This document shows positions 17,552-26,429 of a stretch of DNA of 64,000 bases, piece by piece. The stretch is taken from the NCBI GenBank assembly GCA_947472995.1, contig CANJBO010000001.1, positions 204,361-268,360 of the forward strand. Direction: 5' to 3'. Numbering within the stretch: the first letter of the stretch is position 1; the number at the start of each line of letters is the position of its first letter. A program made the position numbers and the translations under genes. This DNA is from Chloroflexota bacterium (GTDB taxonomy: Bacteria > Chloroflexota > Dehalococcoidia > UBA2979). Under the pieces are notes generated by a model, which ran no database searches, was not told the DNA's origin, and saw only the letters and a list, made by a program, of their open reading frames with translations.

Positions 17552-20500
17552 ATGACTCGATTCCGCTCGCTCCCGGTGCTCGCCGTCCGCCGCATGCTCG
17601 GCAACTGGCGGCTGCTCTCCAGCGTGGTCGTCGGCACGCTCGTCGCCGCGGCGATCCTCTCGGCCACGGCGGTCTACGCGGACGCGATCCGCGACCTCGG
17701 CCTCCAGTACGCGCTCCGGCAGCGGACGGCCGCCGCGCTCGATGTGAGCGTGATCACCTCGAACGTGAACGTCTCGGCGGCGGCGTACCAGCGCGGCAAC
17801 GCGCGCCAGGACGGCGCGACGACGGCGGCGCTGCACGGCACGGCGGGCGGCGTGGTGCGCATCGCGACCAGCGCGACACTGTTCGCCGCCGCTGCCGGCG
17901 CTCGCCCCGACACCGCCGACGATGCACGCCCGCGCGCGAACCTCGTCGCCCGGGACGCGCTGCAGGACCACGTGGATGTCGTGCAGGGCGCACTCCCCGC
18001 GCCAATGGCCCGCGGCGCGAACGGCCCGATCGCCATCGCGGTCGGTGAAGAGACGGCGAAGCGCCAGCGCCTCGGCGTCGGCAGCACCCTCGACCTGTTC
18101 CCGTTCTGGAACGCCGAGGCGCGCCCGCTGCGCGTGCAGGTCGCGGGCATCGTGCGGGCGAAGGACCCGACGCACCGCTACTGGGGCACGGACCCGACGG
18201 GCGTCGACGTCGTGGGCACCACGTGGCCCTCGCTACACCTGTTCATCCCCGACGCGACGTTCTTCGGCGCGGTAGCGGAGCGCGTGCCGTCGATGTCCGC
18301 CGACTACGAGAACCGCTACCTCGTCCGGACCGACGTGCTGAACGCGCGCATCGCGCTGCCGATCGCGCAGGCGCTCGCCGGCCTGCAGGGCCAGCTCTCC
18401 ACCGTCGAGTCGCGTCCGACGATCACGAGCAACCTCGAGGAGGTCCTGCGCTCCTTCGACGAGAAGCTGTTCTTCACGCGCATCCCGCTGCTCGTGCTGC
18501 TGCTCCAGATCGGCGGCATCGTCGGCTACTACCTCGTCATGGTGTCGACCATGCTCATCGAGCGGCAGGCCGCCGAGATCGCCACGCTCCGCAGTCGAGG
18601 CGCGACCACCGGCCAGCTGCTCGCCCAGTACGGCGTCGAAGGCGCGATCCTCGCGCTGCTCGCGCTGTTGGCGGGGCCGCCGATCGCCGCGGCGGTCGTC
18701 TCCTCGCTCGGCCCGACGCCGGCGTTCGCGGCGCTCTCCGGCGGGCGCGCGCTCACCGTGACGATCGGCAGCGGTGCGTACCTCCTCGCCGCCGCGGGGG
18801 CGCTGCTCGCGTTCGTCTCGCTGACGATCCCGGCGTGGCGGGCGACGCGCGTCACGGTCCTCGAGTTCAAGCGCGGGGCCGCGCGGCCGAAGCCGACGCC
18901 GGCGCTGCTGCGCTACTACGTCGACGTGCTCGCGGTCGGCGTGGTGGCGCTGACGTTCTGGCGCCTGTCGAGGGAGAACGCGCTGTTCTCGCGCGCGACG
19001 GGCGCGAACAGCATCGACCCGTTCCTCCTCGCCACACCGGCGGTGTTCATGGTGACGGTCGGCGTGGTGTTCCTGCGGCTGTTCCCGCTGTTCATGCGCG
19101 GCGTCGGCTGGGCCGTCGGTTACACGAAGAGCGTCGCGGTGCTCATCGGCGTGCGGTCGCTAGTGCGCAACCCCACGCACTACGCGCGGCTGATCCTGCT
19201 GCTGATGTTCGCCACCGGCGTCGGCATGTTCGGCGCGACGTTCTCGGCGACCCTCGACCGGTCGTACGAGGAGCGCGCGTCGTACGAGGCGGGCGCGGAC
19301 CTCCGCGCGGGCGGCATCCCGCTGGCGAACACCGGCACCGCCGAGTTCACCGCACGCGTGGAGCGCGTCCCGGCCGACGCGCGCACGATCGTCGCGCGCG
19401 TGCAGGGCTCGCTCGCCAACGGTCAGCGCAGCGCGGTCGCCGAGGTGCTGGCGATCGACCCGGCGACCTTCGGGCGCGTGGCGTTCTTCCGCGAGGACTT
19501 CGCGCGCGACGACTTCGGCACGATGCTCTCGACCCTCGGCGAGCGCGGCGCCGCCTCGCCCGCGGGGCCGATGATCCCCGCGAACGCGCGGCAGGTCGGC
19601 GTGTGGGTGCGGATGACCGACATCCGCGGCCGCGTGGTCGCCGGCATCACGCTGCGCGACGCGACGGGCCGTCTCACCACGCGCCTGCTGGGCGAAGGGC
19701 GCCCGGGCAACGCCTCGACGGGTGGGTGGGTGTTCCTCAGCACGGACCTCCAGCAGCCGACCACACTGTCTGGCGTGCCCTCGCGCGCCTCGACGCACAC
19801 GCCGCCGTTCGAGGTCCGCGGGGTGATCCTGCAGCCCTCGGGCGCGATCGCGAGCCAGCGCGGCGTGGTGCAGATCGGCCCGGCGTACACCTCGGCCGTC
19901 GCGCCCACAGACGGCGCGGCGACGCACGCCGCGAGCGCGCCGTGGGCGGACGCGGTGCTGCTGCAGGACTTCACGAAGGGCCGCTTCGAGACGATCCAGG
20001 GCACGCGTCCGACGGCAATCACCGACGTGCTGCGCCCCGTCGACGGTGGCCCGCCGGGGTTCGCCTCGTCGATGCGGTACGAGTGGCAGGAGACCGGCGT
20101 CGTGCCATCACTGCGCGGCCTGCGCCCGGTCGTCGAGGCGACCCCGCTCCGCGTGTACCTCGCGCGTGAGACAGCCACGGAGCTCGACGTGCGGGCGGGG
20201 GACGCGATCACGCTCGCCGTGAACTCGCGGACGGTGCACGCCCAGGTGCGCGGGATCATCGACTACTTCCCGACGTACCGACCCGGCGAGGAGCGCGGCC
20301 TGCTGGTCATCGACCGTGCCCAGCTCGACGAGGCGGTGAACGCGGCGCTGCCCGACCTGCAGCTGCTGCCGAACGAGGCGTGGTTCGCCACGCGCCAGCC
20401 CGCCGTGACGCGCGAGGGCGTGAAGACGCTGAACCCGCTGTCCGTGGTCGAGCGTGACCTCGTGCGGGCGCAGCAGCAGGACGACCCCCTGATCGCCGCC

Positions 20501-20926
20501 GGGTGGGCCGGCATCCTGTCGATCGCGTTCGGCGCCGTGCTGCTGCTCTCGGCGATCGGGTTCGTCGTCTACTCGTACCTGACGGCGCAGCAGCGCGCGC
20601 TGGAGTTCGCGATCCTGCGCACGCTCGGCTTCTCGCGACCGCAGATCCTCTCCGTCGTGGTGTTCGAGCACCTCTTCGTGATCGTTGCCGGCATGGGGCT
20701 CGGGACGCTGGTGGGCATGCGCGTCGGGCGGCTGATGCTCGCATTCCTCGGCATCGACGAGCAGGGCGGGCAGGTGCTGCCGCCGTTCGTGCAGCGCATC
20801 TCGTGGCCGGAGGTGTTCGTGGTCTGGGGGATTCTGGGTACAGTGTTCGTCGCCACGATCGCGGCCGTCGTCGCGATGTACTTCCGGCTCGCGGTGAGCC
20901 GGGCGCTCAGGATCGGCGACGCATGA
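17552..20926 (+). CDS. Large FtsX-like ABC permease with two FtsX modules and two big extracytoplasmic domains
   Basis: 1124 aa. N-terminus is MTRFRSLPVLAVRRMLGNWRLL. There are two FtsX-type 4-TM blocks: ...ERQAAEIATLRSRGATTGQLL... and ...QQRALEFAILRTLGFSRPQIL.... Confidence 0.9.
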   Translation: MTRFRSLPVLAVRRMLGNWRLLSSVVVGTLVAAAILSATAVYADAIRDLGLQYALRQRTAAALDVSVITSNVNVSAAAYQRGNARQDGATTAALHGTAGGVVRIATSATLFAAAAGARPDTADDARPRANLVARDALQDHVDVVQGALPAPMARGANGPIAIAVGEETAKRQRLGVGSTLDLFPFWNAEARPLRVQVAGIVRAKDPTHRYWGTDPTGVDVVGTTWPSLHLFIPDATFFGAVAERVPSMSADYENRYLVRTDVLNARIALPIAQALAGLQGQLSTVESRPTITSNLEEVLRSFDEKLFFTRIPLLVLLLQIGGIVGYYLVMVSTMLIERQAAEIATLRSRGATTGQLLAQYGVEGAILALLALLAGPPIAAAVVSSLGPTPAFAALSGGRALTVTIGSGAYLLAAAGALLAFVSLTIPAWRATRVTVLEFKRGAARPKPTPALLRYYVDVLAVGVVALTFWRLSRENALFSRATGANSIDPFLLATPAVFMVTVGVVFLRLFPLFMRGVGWAVGYTKSVAVLIGVRSLVRNPTHYARLILLLMFATGVGMFGATFSATLDRSYEERASYEAGADLRAGGIPLANTGTAEFTARVERVPADARTIVARVQGSLANGQRSAVAEVLAIDPATFGRVAFFREDFARDDFGTMLSTLGERGAASPAGPMIPANARQVGVWVRMTDIRGRVVAGITLRDATGRLTTRLLGEGRPGNASTGGWVFLSTDLQQPTTLSGVPSRASTHTPPFEVRGVILQPSGAIASQRGVVQIGPAYTSAVAPTDGAATHAASAPWADAVLLQDFTKGRFETIQGTRPTAITDVLRPVDGGPPGFASSMRYEWQETGVVPSLRGLRPVVEATPLRVYLARETATELDVRAGDAITLAVNSRTVHAQVRGIIDYFPTYRPGEERGLLVIDRAQLDEAVNAALPDLQLLPNEAWFATRQPAVTREGVKTLNPLSVVERDLVRAQQQDDPLIAAGWAGILSIAFGAVLLLSAIGFVVYSYLTAQQRALEFAILRTLGFSRPQILSVVVFEHLFVIVAGMGLGTLVGMRVGRLMLAFLGIDEQGGQVLPPFVQRISWPEVFVVWGILGTVFVATIAAVVAMYFRLAVSRALRIGDA

Positions 20927-21870
20927 CGCAGTACCGGCCGACCCGTCCCGCCGCCTCCGCCTCGACGCGCGTCGAGGCTGCCGCGCCGCCGTACATCCAC
21001 TGCGAGGACCTGTTCAAGATCTACAAGACGGACGACCTGGAGGTCGTCGCGCTCCGCGGCCTCGACCTGCGCGTCGCGCGCGGCGAGATGATGGCGATCG
21101 TCGGAGCGTCCGGCTCCGGCAAGTCCACGCTGCTCAACATCCTCGCCGGGCTCGACCAGCCCTCGGCGGGGCGCGTGACGGTGGGCGAGCGCGACCTGCT
21201 GACGACCGACGAGGCCGACCTCGTGAACTACCGCCGCGTCGAGGTGGGCTTCGTCTGGCAGCAGACCGGCCGCAACCTGATCCCCTACCTCACCGCCGAG
21301 CAGAACGTCGAGGTGCCGATGATGCTCGAAGGCCGCTCGCGCTCCGAGGCGCGCGAGCGCGCGGTCTCGCTCCTCGATCAGGTCGGGCTCGCGGAGAAGC
21401 GCGCGCACCGGCCGCAGGAGCTGTCCGGCGGCGAGCAGCAGCGCGTGGCGATCGCCGTCGCGCTCGCCAACGACCCGCCGCTGCTGCTGGCCGACGAGCC
21501 CACCGGTGAGCTCGACAGCACGACCGCGGACGAGGTGTTCGAGGTGCTGCGCACCCTCAACCGCGACCTCGGGGTGACGATCGTGATCGTGACGCACGAC
21601 CGCCAGATCACGCAGCGCGTCGACCGCGTCGTCGCGATGCGCGACGGCCGCACGAGCACGGAGCTGGTGCGTCACGTGCAGTTCGCGCGCGGCACCGGTG
21701 GCAACGTGGACGAGTTCGCCGTCGTCGACCGCAGCGGCCGTCTCCAGATCCCGCGCGACTACCTCGAACAGCTCGACATCGGCGCGCGTGCGCGCGTCGA
21801 GCTCGCGGGCGACCACGTCGAGGTGCGCCCCGAGCTGCCGGCGGACGCGCCCCCCCGAGGCAACTCATGA
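20923..21870 (+). CDS. ABC transporter ATP-binding protein (MacB/LolD type) with C-terminal AbrB-like extension
   Basis: ATGA overlap with the permease stop. Walker A is GASGSGKST, with LSGGEQQRVAIA, LLLADEPTGELD and VTHD. An extra tail of about 68 aa reads FAVVDRSGRLQIPRDYLEQLDIGARARVELAGDHVEVRPE. Confidence 0.93.
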   Translation: MTQYRPTRPAASASTRVEAAAPPYIHCEDLFKIYKTDDLEVVALRGLDLRVARGEMMAIVGASGSGKSTLLNILAGLDQPSAGRVTVGERDLLTTDEADLVNYRRVEVGFVWQQTGRNLIPYLTAEQNVEVPMMLEGRSRSEARERAVSLLDQVGLAEKRAHRPQELSGGEQQRVAIAVALANDPPLLLADEPTGELDSTTADEVFEVLRTLNRDLGVTIVIVTHDRQITQRVDRVVAMRDGRTSTELVRHVQFARGTGGNVDEFAVVDRSGRLQIPRDYLEQLDIGARARVELAGDHVEVRPELPADAPPRGNS

Positions 21871-22688
21871 CCGTCGAGCGCGCCGCCGGCACCGATCCGA
21901 TCGTGGTCGCGGATCACCTCGTGCGGGTGTTCCACGGCGGGGGTGCCGACGTGACGGCGGTGAACGACGTCTCGCTGACGGTGCCGCGCGGCCAGTTCCT
22001 CGCGATCGTCGGCCGCTCCGGCTCGGGCAAGACCACGTTCCTCAACCTGATCGCCGGGCTCGACCAGCCCGACGGCGGCACGGTGCACGTCGACGGGCAG
22101 GAGGTGTCGAGCCTCGGCGACGCGGCGATGACCGACTTCCGGCGACACACGGTCGGCTTCGTGTTCCAGTCGTTCGGGCTGCTGCCGCTGCTCTCCGCCG
22201 CCGAGAACGTCGAGCTCGCGCTGCGCATCGCCGGCGCCGGCATCCGCGAGCGCGGCGAGCGGACGCGCGAGCTGCTGCACCTCGTCGGCCTCGCCGAGCG
22301 CGCCGACCACCGCCCGTACGAGATGTCCGGTGGCGAGCAGCAGCGCGTCGCGGTCGCCCGCGCGCTGGCGAACCGGCCGCGGCTGATCATCGCGGACGAG
22401 CCGACCGGCGAGCTGGACAGCACGACCGGCGCGCAGATCTTCGACCTGCTGCGTGGCGTCGCCGCCGAGGGCGTGACCGTGATCGCGGCGACGCACGACC
22501 CGTTCGTCATGCAGCACGCCGACCGCGTCCTGGAGATGTCCGACGGCCACCTGCTTCCCGAGGGACAGGGCGCGCTCGTCGCCGAGCATCGCTCCCCGCG
22601 CGCCTCGATGGGCGCGGCGGGCGGCACGAGGCCACCAGCGCCGCTGCCGGACCTACACCTGCCGCCGGCGCACCCGCCCCGCCGCTAG
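21867..22688 (+). CDS. Second ABC transporter ATP-binding protein (MacB/LolD type)
   Basis: ATGA overlap with the previous gene. Contains GRSGSGKTT, MSGGEQQRVAVA, LIIADEPTGELD and ATHD, with a Pro/Ala-rich tail. Confidence 0.93.
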   Translation: MTVERAAGTDPIVVADHLVRVFHGGGADVTAVNDVSLTVPRGQFLAIVGRSGSGKTTFLNLIAGLDQPDGGTVHVDGQEVSSLGDAAMTDFRRHTVGFVFQSFGLLPLLSAAENVELALRIAGAGIRERGERTRELLHLVGLAERADHRPYEMSGGEQQRVAVARALANRPRLIIADEPTGELDSTTGAQIFDLLRGVAAEGVTVIAATHDPFVMQHADRVLEMSDGHLLPEGQGALVAEHRSPRASMGAAGGTRPPAPLPDLHLPPAHPPRR

Positions 22689-22737
22689 CCCTCCGGCTAG
22701 ACTGGCCTCCCGGTAGACAGCCCTCCCGGTAGACTGG
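22689..22737 (+). repeat. Three tandem copies of a 15-17-nt unit, CCTCC(C)GG(C)TAGAC(T/A)GG, each carrying a TAGAC(T/A) box
   Basis: ccctccggctagactgg / cctcccggtagacag / ccctcccggtagactgg. The last TAGACT (22730-22735) lies 7 nt before ATG 22743. Confidence 0.8.
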
Positions 22738-22742
22738 GCCGC

Positions 22743-23351
22743 ATGCCGATCGTCCACGTGGTGTGCGCCACGCTGAAGCCCGACGCCGCCGAGGATGCGA
22801 TCGACCACGCGATCGACCTCGGCCGTGCGCTGTCGAGCGCCGAGGGCGTGCAGCACGCGCTGCTCGGACGCGGCGGCGATCGCCTCGTCGCCGTGACGTG
22901 GCTCGACGGGCGCGAGGCGCTGGAGCCGTTCGCGGCGTCGCCGATGCACATGGCGTTCATCATGCGCGGCCTCGCCCCTTGCATCCGCGGGATGTGGAGC
23001 GCCGCCGTCGAGACGGACGCCGCCCCGCCAAGCGACGTCGAGGCGATGTGGGTCTTCGCGCTGCCCTCGGCGGACACGCTGTTCGAGTGGCAGGTGCGCG
23101 ACCTGCTGCAATCAGTCGCCGCGCTCCCCGGCCACGCCGCCGCCGGCCCGACCGTCGAGGAGCGCGAGCGCTACCGCGCCGGCGGCGTCGTCTGCCTCGC
23201 CGCGAGCGAGTCGAGCGCCCTCGACGCCGCGCTCGCCGCCGTGCGGCCGGCGTGGGACGCGCTCGGCGCACCGCTCGTCGCCTGCAAAGTCGAGGTGATT
23301 CCCCTACCCCCCGGCGCGGACACGCGCCCGCCGATGACTCACGCTCGATAG
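22743..23351 (+). CDS. Tandem Dabb (stress-responsive alpha/beta-barrel)-like protein
   Basis: 202 aa. MPIVHVVCATLKPDAAEDAIDHAIDLGRALSSAEGVQHALLGR... is typical of the Dabb fold, and the second half repeats the pattern. High GC3. The function is unknown. Confidence 0.6.
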   Translation: MPIVHVVCATLKPDAAEDAIDHAIDLGRALSSAEGVQHALLGRGGDRLVAVTWLDGREALEPFAASPMHMAFIMRGLAPCIRGMWSAAVETDAAPPSDVEAMWVFALPSADTLFEWQVRDLLQSVAALPGHAAAGPTVEERERYRAGGVVCLAASESSALDAALAAVRPAWDALGAPLVACKVEVIPLPPGADTRPPMTHAR

Positions 23352-23972
23352 ATGCAGCAGGAGACGCCTCCGCCGTTCTACTCGCGCTCGCAGCGGCACA
23401 CGCGGCCCGCTCGGCGGCGCCCCGAGAACGCGCTGCCCGACCTCACGCGCTTCCGCCGCCAGCTGAACCGCAGCACGGTGGTACTCGGCGCGTTCATCGT
23501 GCTGATCATCGCCGGCAGCACGGCGCTGGCGCGGTCGCGCAGCCAGCCGTCCGAGGCCCCCACTGCCCCGCCCGCCGCCGGCGCGCCCGTGCAGGCCATC
23601 GGCGTCGATGTGACCCACGTCGTGGATGGCGACACGCTCGACGTGCGCGCGGCGGAGACGCCGCTCCGCGTCCGGCTGTACGGCGTGGACACCCCGGAGC
23701 GCGGCGAACCCTGCTTCGACCAGGCGACCGCGCGGCTCACGGCGCTCGCCGGCCGGCGGGTCTACCTCGTCCCCGACGCCCGGGCGCGCGACCAGTATGG
23801 GCGCGAACTACGTTATGTCTTTACAAACGACGGCCACTCGATCGATGCCGCCCTCGTGAGCGAGGGACTGGCCCGCGCCTGGCGCGAGGACGGCAGCCGC
23901 CGGGACGCCCTCGTCGCCCTCGAGGATGCCGCACGCGCCTCGACGACCGGCTGCCTGTGGACGAAGCGTTAG
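23352..23972 (+). CDS. Membrane-anchored thermonuclease (staphylococcal nuclease homologue)
   Basis: An N-terminal TM helix (VVLGAFIVLIIAG) precedes the SNase motifs VVDGDTLDV, VRLYGVDTPE and DQYGRELRYV. The ATG directly abuts the upstream TAG. Confidence 0.87.
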   Translation: MQQETPPPFYSRSQRHTRPARRRPENALPDLTRFRRQLNRSTVVLGAFIVLIIAGSTALARSRSQPSEAPTAPPAAGAPVQAIGVDVTHVVDGDTLDVRAAETPLRVRLYGVDTPERGEPCFDQATARLTALAGRRVYLVPDARARDQYGRELRYVFTNDGHSIDAALVSEGLARAWREDGSRRDALVALEDAARASTTGCLWTKR

Positions 23973-24009
23973 CCGAGCATCTTGGCTAATCGACGCGGCG
24001 GAGATTCGA

Positions 24010-24789
24010 CTATTCGACCTTCGCGAGGTCGAAGATCGTGCTGCCGTTGTCCCAGCGTACGACGTGGTGCGGCGCAGCGATGCTAATCCACGCGGTGCGA
24101 ACGGCCCGTCCGCTGCGGAACAGGACACGCCATGTCTTGAACGTCCCGGCCGGCACGGTGATCTCCTCCTGCTGAGGAGCGCGCACGGAGACGGTCTGGC
24201 GGCTGCCGTCGTGCGGGTTCACGGAGACGTAGGCCGCCTCGTAACCCTCGACGAAGGGGATGCCGCGCCACAGCCAGAGCGACGACTCGTTGTCGTACGC
24301 CGCAGGCTGGACGCCGAGGTCGCTCGACTCGGTCTCGCCGGAGCCCTCGACGTTGACGTCGAGGCGCAGGCGGGCGCCGTCGAGGCGGTAGGCCCATGCC
24401 GTGCGCTGCGTCGAGGCGTTCCCGGCATCGTCCCGCCCGGAGGTCTCGCGCGTCCCCTGCACCGGCGCGAGCGTCTTCGCGTCCACGGTCAGGGCGATCA
24501 CGTCGCTGCGCGGCGGCGTGCCGCCGGAGACGACGCCCGAGTACTGCTGCCGCAGGAGCAGGCGCTCGCCGGCCCGCTCCGTGGTCAGCAGCCCGCGCCC
24601 GAGCTCCTCGCCGGCCGCGTTCCGCAGGCGGTACTCGAGGCGCTCGCCCACCGGCCACGTCACGCCACCGAAGACGGCGGTGGTCGCCACGCTCGGACGC
24701 ACCGAGGCGCACCCCGCCGCCAGCGGGGCGAGCAGCGCCGCCAGCGCGATCAGGACGGTCGAGGCGCGACGACCACGAACTGCGATCAC
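24010..24789 (-). CDS. Lipoprotein of unknown function
   Basis: GTG 24789 forms a GTGA overlap with the ltaE stop. Signal plus lipobox: TVLIALAALLAPLAAG|C. The rest is beta-rich with no motif I recognise. The 479-aa ORF upstream part overlaps ltaE out of frame. Confidence 0.65.
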   Translation of the reverse strand: MIAVRGRRASTVLIALAALLAPLAAGCASVRPSVATTAVFGGVTWPVGERLEYRLRNAAGEELGRGLLTTERAGERLLLRQQYSGVVSGGTPPRSDVIALTVDAKTLAPVQGTRETSGRDDAGNASTQRTAWAYRLDGARLRLDVNVEGSGETESSDLGVQPAAYDNESSLWLWRGIPFVEGYEAAYVSVNPHDGSRQTVSVRAPQQEEITVPAGTFKTWRVLFRSGRAVRTAWISIAAPHHVVRWDNGSTIFDLAKVE

Positions 24790-25826
24790 GAAGCCGCCGG
24801 GAGCGACTGGAGCACGGACGCGATCAGCGGGATCGCGGCGTCGATGTCCTCGCGCGACACGTCGAGGTGGCACACCATCCGCACGCGCTGCTCGTGGGTG
24901 CCGGTGCACAGCACGCCCTCCCCGGCGAGGCGCTCGCGGAACTGCGTGCCGTCCACGCCGTCGAGCGTGAAGAAGACGAGGTTCGTGTCCGTGCCGGCGG
25001 GATCCATCGTGACGTGCGGCATCTCCGCGATCGCGGCGGCGAGGCGCTGCGCGTTCGCGTGGTCGTCCGCGAGGCGGTCGATGTTGTGCTCCAGCGCGTA
25101 GAGCGCGCCCGCCGCGACGATGCCCGACTGGCGCATCGCCCCGCCGAGGAGCCGCCGGTTGGCGCGCGCACGCTCGATGAACTCGACGGGCCCGGTGATC
25201 ACGGAGCCGACCGGCGCGCCGAGGCTCTTCGAGAAGCAGAAGTCGACGGTGTCCGCGCTCGCGACGAGCGTCTTCGCGTCGGTCTCCAGCGCGACCGCCG
25301 CGTTGAAGATGCGCGCGCCGTCCAGGTGCACCTGCACGCCGGCCGCGTGCGCCGCGTCCGCAACGTCCGCGATCTCGCGCGCGGGGATCGCAGCACCGCC
25401 GCAGCGGTTGTGCGTGTTCTCCAGGCAAACGACGGTCGTGCGCGGCCACGCCGTGCGGATCGTCGAGGCGACCTCGGCGGGGTCGATGCGCCCGCGCGCG
25501 TCGTTCTTCACGGGACGCACGGAGATGCCGCCGAGCGCGGCAGCGCCCATGCCCTCGTGGTTCAGGATGTGCGACTCGTGGCCGGCGATCGCCTCGTCGC
25601 CGCGGCCGCAGTACGTGAGCAGCGTGACGAGGTTGCCCATCGTCCCGCTCGGCACGAAGAGACCGGCGGCCTTGCCGATGAGCTCGGCGGACCGCTCTTC
25701 CAGCGCCTTCACGGTGGGGTCGTCGCCGAGCAGGTCGTCGCCGACCTCGGCGCGCGCCATCGCCTGGCGCATGCCCTCGGAGGGGCGGGTGACGGTGTCC
25801 GAACGCAGGTCGATCACGCGCGCCAT
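24786..25826 (-). CDS. ltaE: Low-specificity L-threonine aldolase
   Basis: N-terminus is MARVIDLRSDTVTRPSEGMRQAMARAEVGDDLLGDDPTVKALEE, with the PLP-Lys region (FCFSKSLGAP). Confidence 0.92.
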   Translation of the reverse strand: MARVIDLRSDTVTRPSEGMRQAMARAEVGDDLLGDDPTVKALEERSAELIGKAAGLFVPSGTMGNLVTLLTYCGRGDEAIAGHESHILNHEGMGAAALGGISVRPVKNDARGRIDPAEVASTIRTAWPRTTVVCLENTHNRCGGAAIPAREIADVADAAHAAGVQVHLDGARIFNAAVALETDAKTLVASADTVDFCFSKSLGAPVGSVITGPVEFIERARANRRLLGGAMRQSGIVAAGALYALEHNIDRLADDHANAQRLAAAIAEMPHVTMDPAGTDTNLVFFTLDGVDGTQFRERLAGEGVLCTGTHEQRVRMVCHLDVSREDIDAAIPLIASVLQSLPAAS

Positions 25827-25958
25827 GCTTCGCTCCCGCGCGCGGATGCCGATGGCGCGCTGCTCGTGCGGATGGGGTTGCAGGCAGCGTAGCAGAGGCG
25901 CCGGTCAGGTTCCGCCGTCGATGAACGGCGCCGCGTGCCGAACGATTCCTGGAACGCG

Positions 25959-26387
25959 CTACCGGCCGCGCTGCCAGATCGTCTCGTAGCCCTCGCCGCC
26001 GCGGATCGCGGCCAGCAGGTCGGCGCGCTCGAGGCGCTGGCCCTCGCGCAGCGCGGCGTCGGCGTCACGGCGCGACGGGTCGCCACCGATCGAGGCGACG
26101 CGGTCCTCGATGAAGCGCCACACGCCCATCTCGCGCATGACGGCGATCGGGCGCGGCCACTGGAACACGGTGATCTGGCCGGGCGGGCTGACGTCGGGGC
26201 GCTGCTGGCGCAGGTAGTGGTAGCGCTCCTCGGCGGAGTTCACGGGCGGCACCATGCTGATGTACGGCCGGCCGGCCGTGTCGGGGCGCGTGTCGACCAG
26301 CAGGCGCTGCTCGATCATCGCGAAGCGGACGACGAAGACTTCCGCCTCGTCGATCACGCGCCGGATCGCCTCGATGTCGATGTCCAT
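25959..26387 (-). CDS. Hypothetical protein (142 aa)
   Basis: Clean ATG ORF with high GC3 and balanced composition. It lies between ccdA and ltaE. I recognise no motif. Confidence 0.6.
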   Translation of the reverse strand: MDIDIEAIRRVIDEAEVFVVRFAMIEQRLLVDTRPDTAGRPYISMVPPVNSAEERYHYLRQQRPDVSPPGQITVFQWPRPIAVMREMGVWRFIEDRVASIGGDPSRRDADAALREGQRLERADLLAAIRGGEGYETIWQRGR

Positions 26388-26429
26388 GCGGGACAGTCTA
26401 CCGCGCGCCCGGGTGCAGGGCGCGCACCG

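Noticed and set aside
22689-22737. Tandem repeats (here and at 40455-40499) as a mini CRISPR array
   Set aside because: The units are only 15-17 nt and directly abutting with no spacers. There are no cas genes in the window.
23973-24009. Hairpin ttagcc-gagcatct-ggctaa between convergent nuclease and lipoprotein genes as a terminator
   Set aside because: It has only a 6-bp AT-containing stem with an 8-nt loop and no U-tract on either strand. That is too weak to call.
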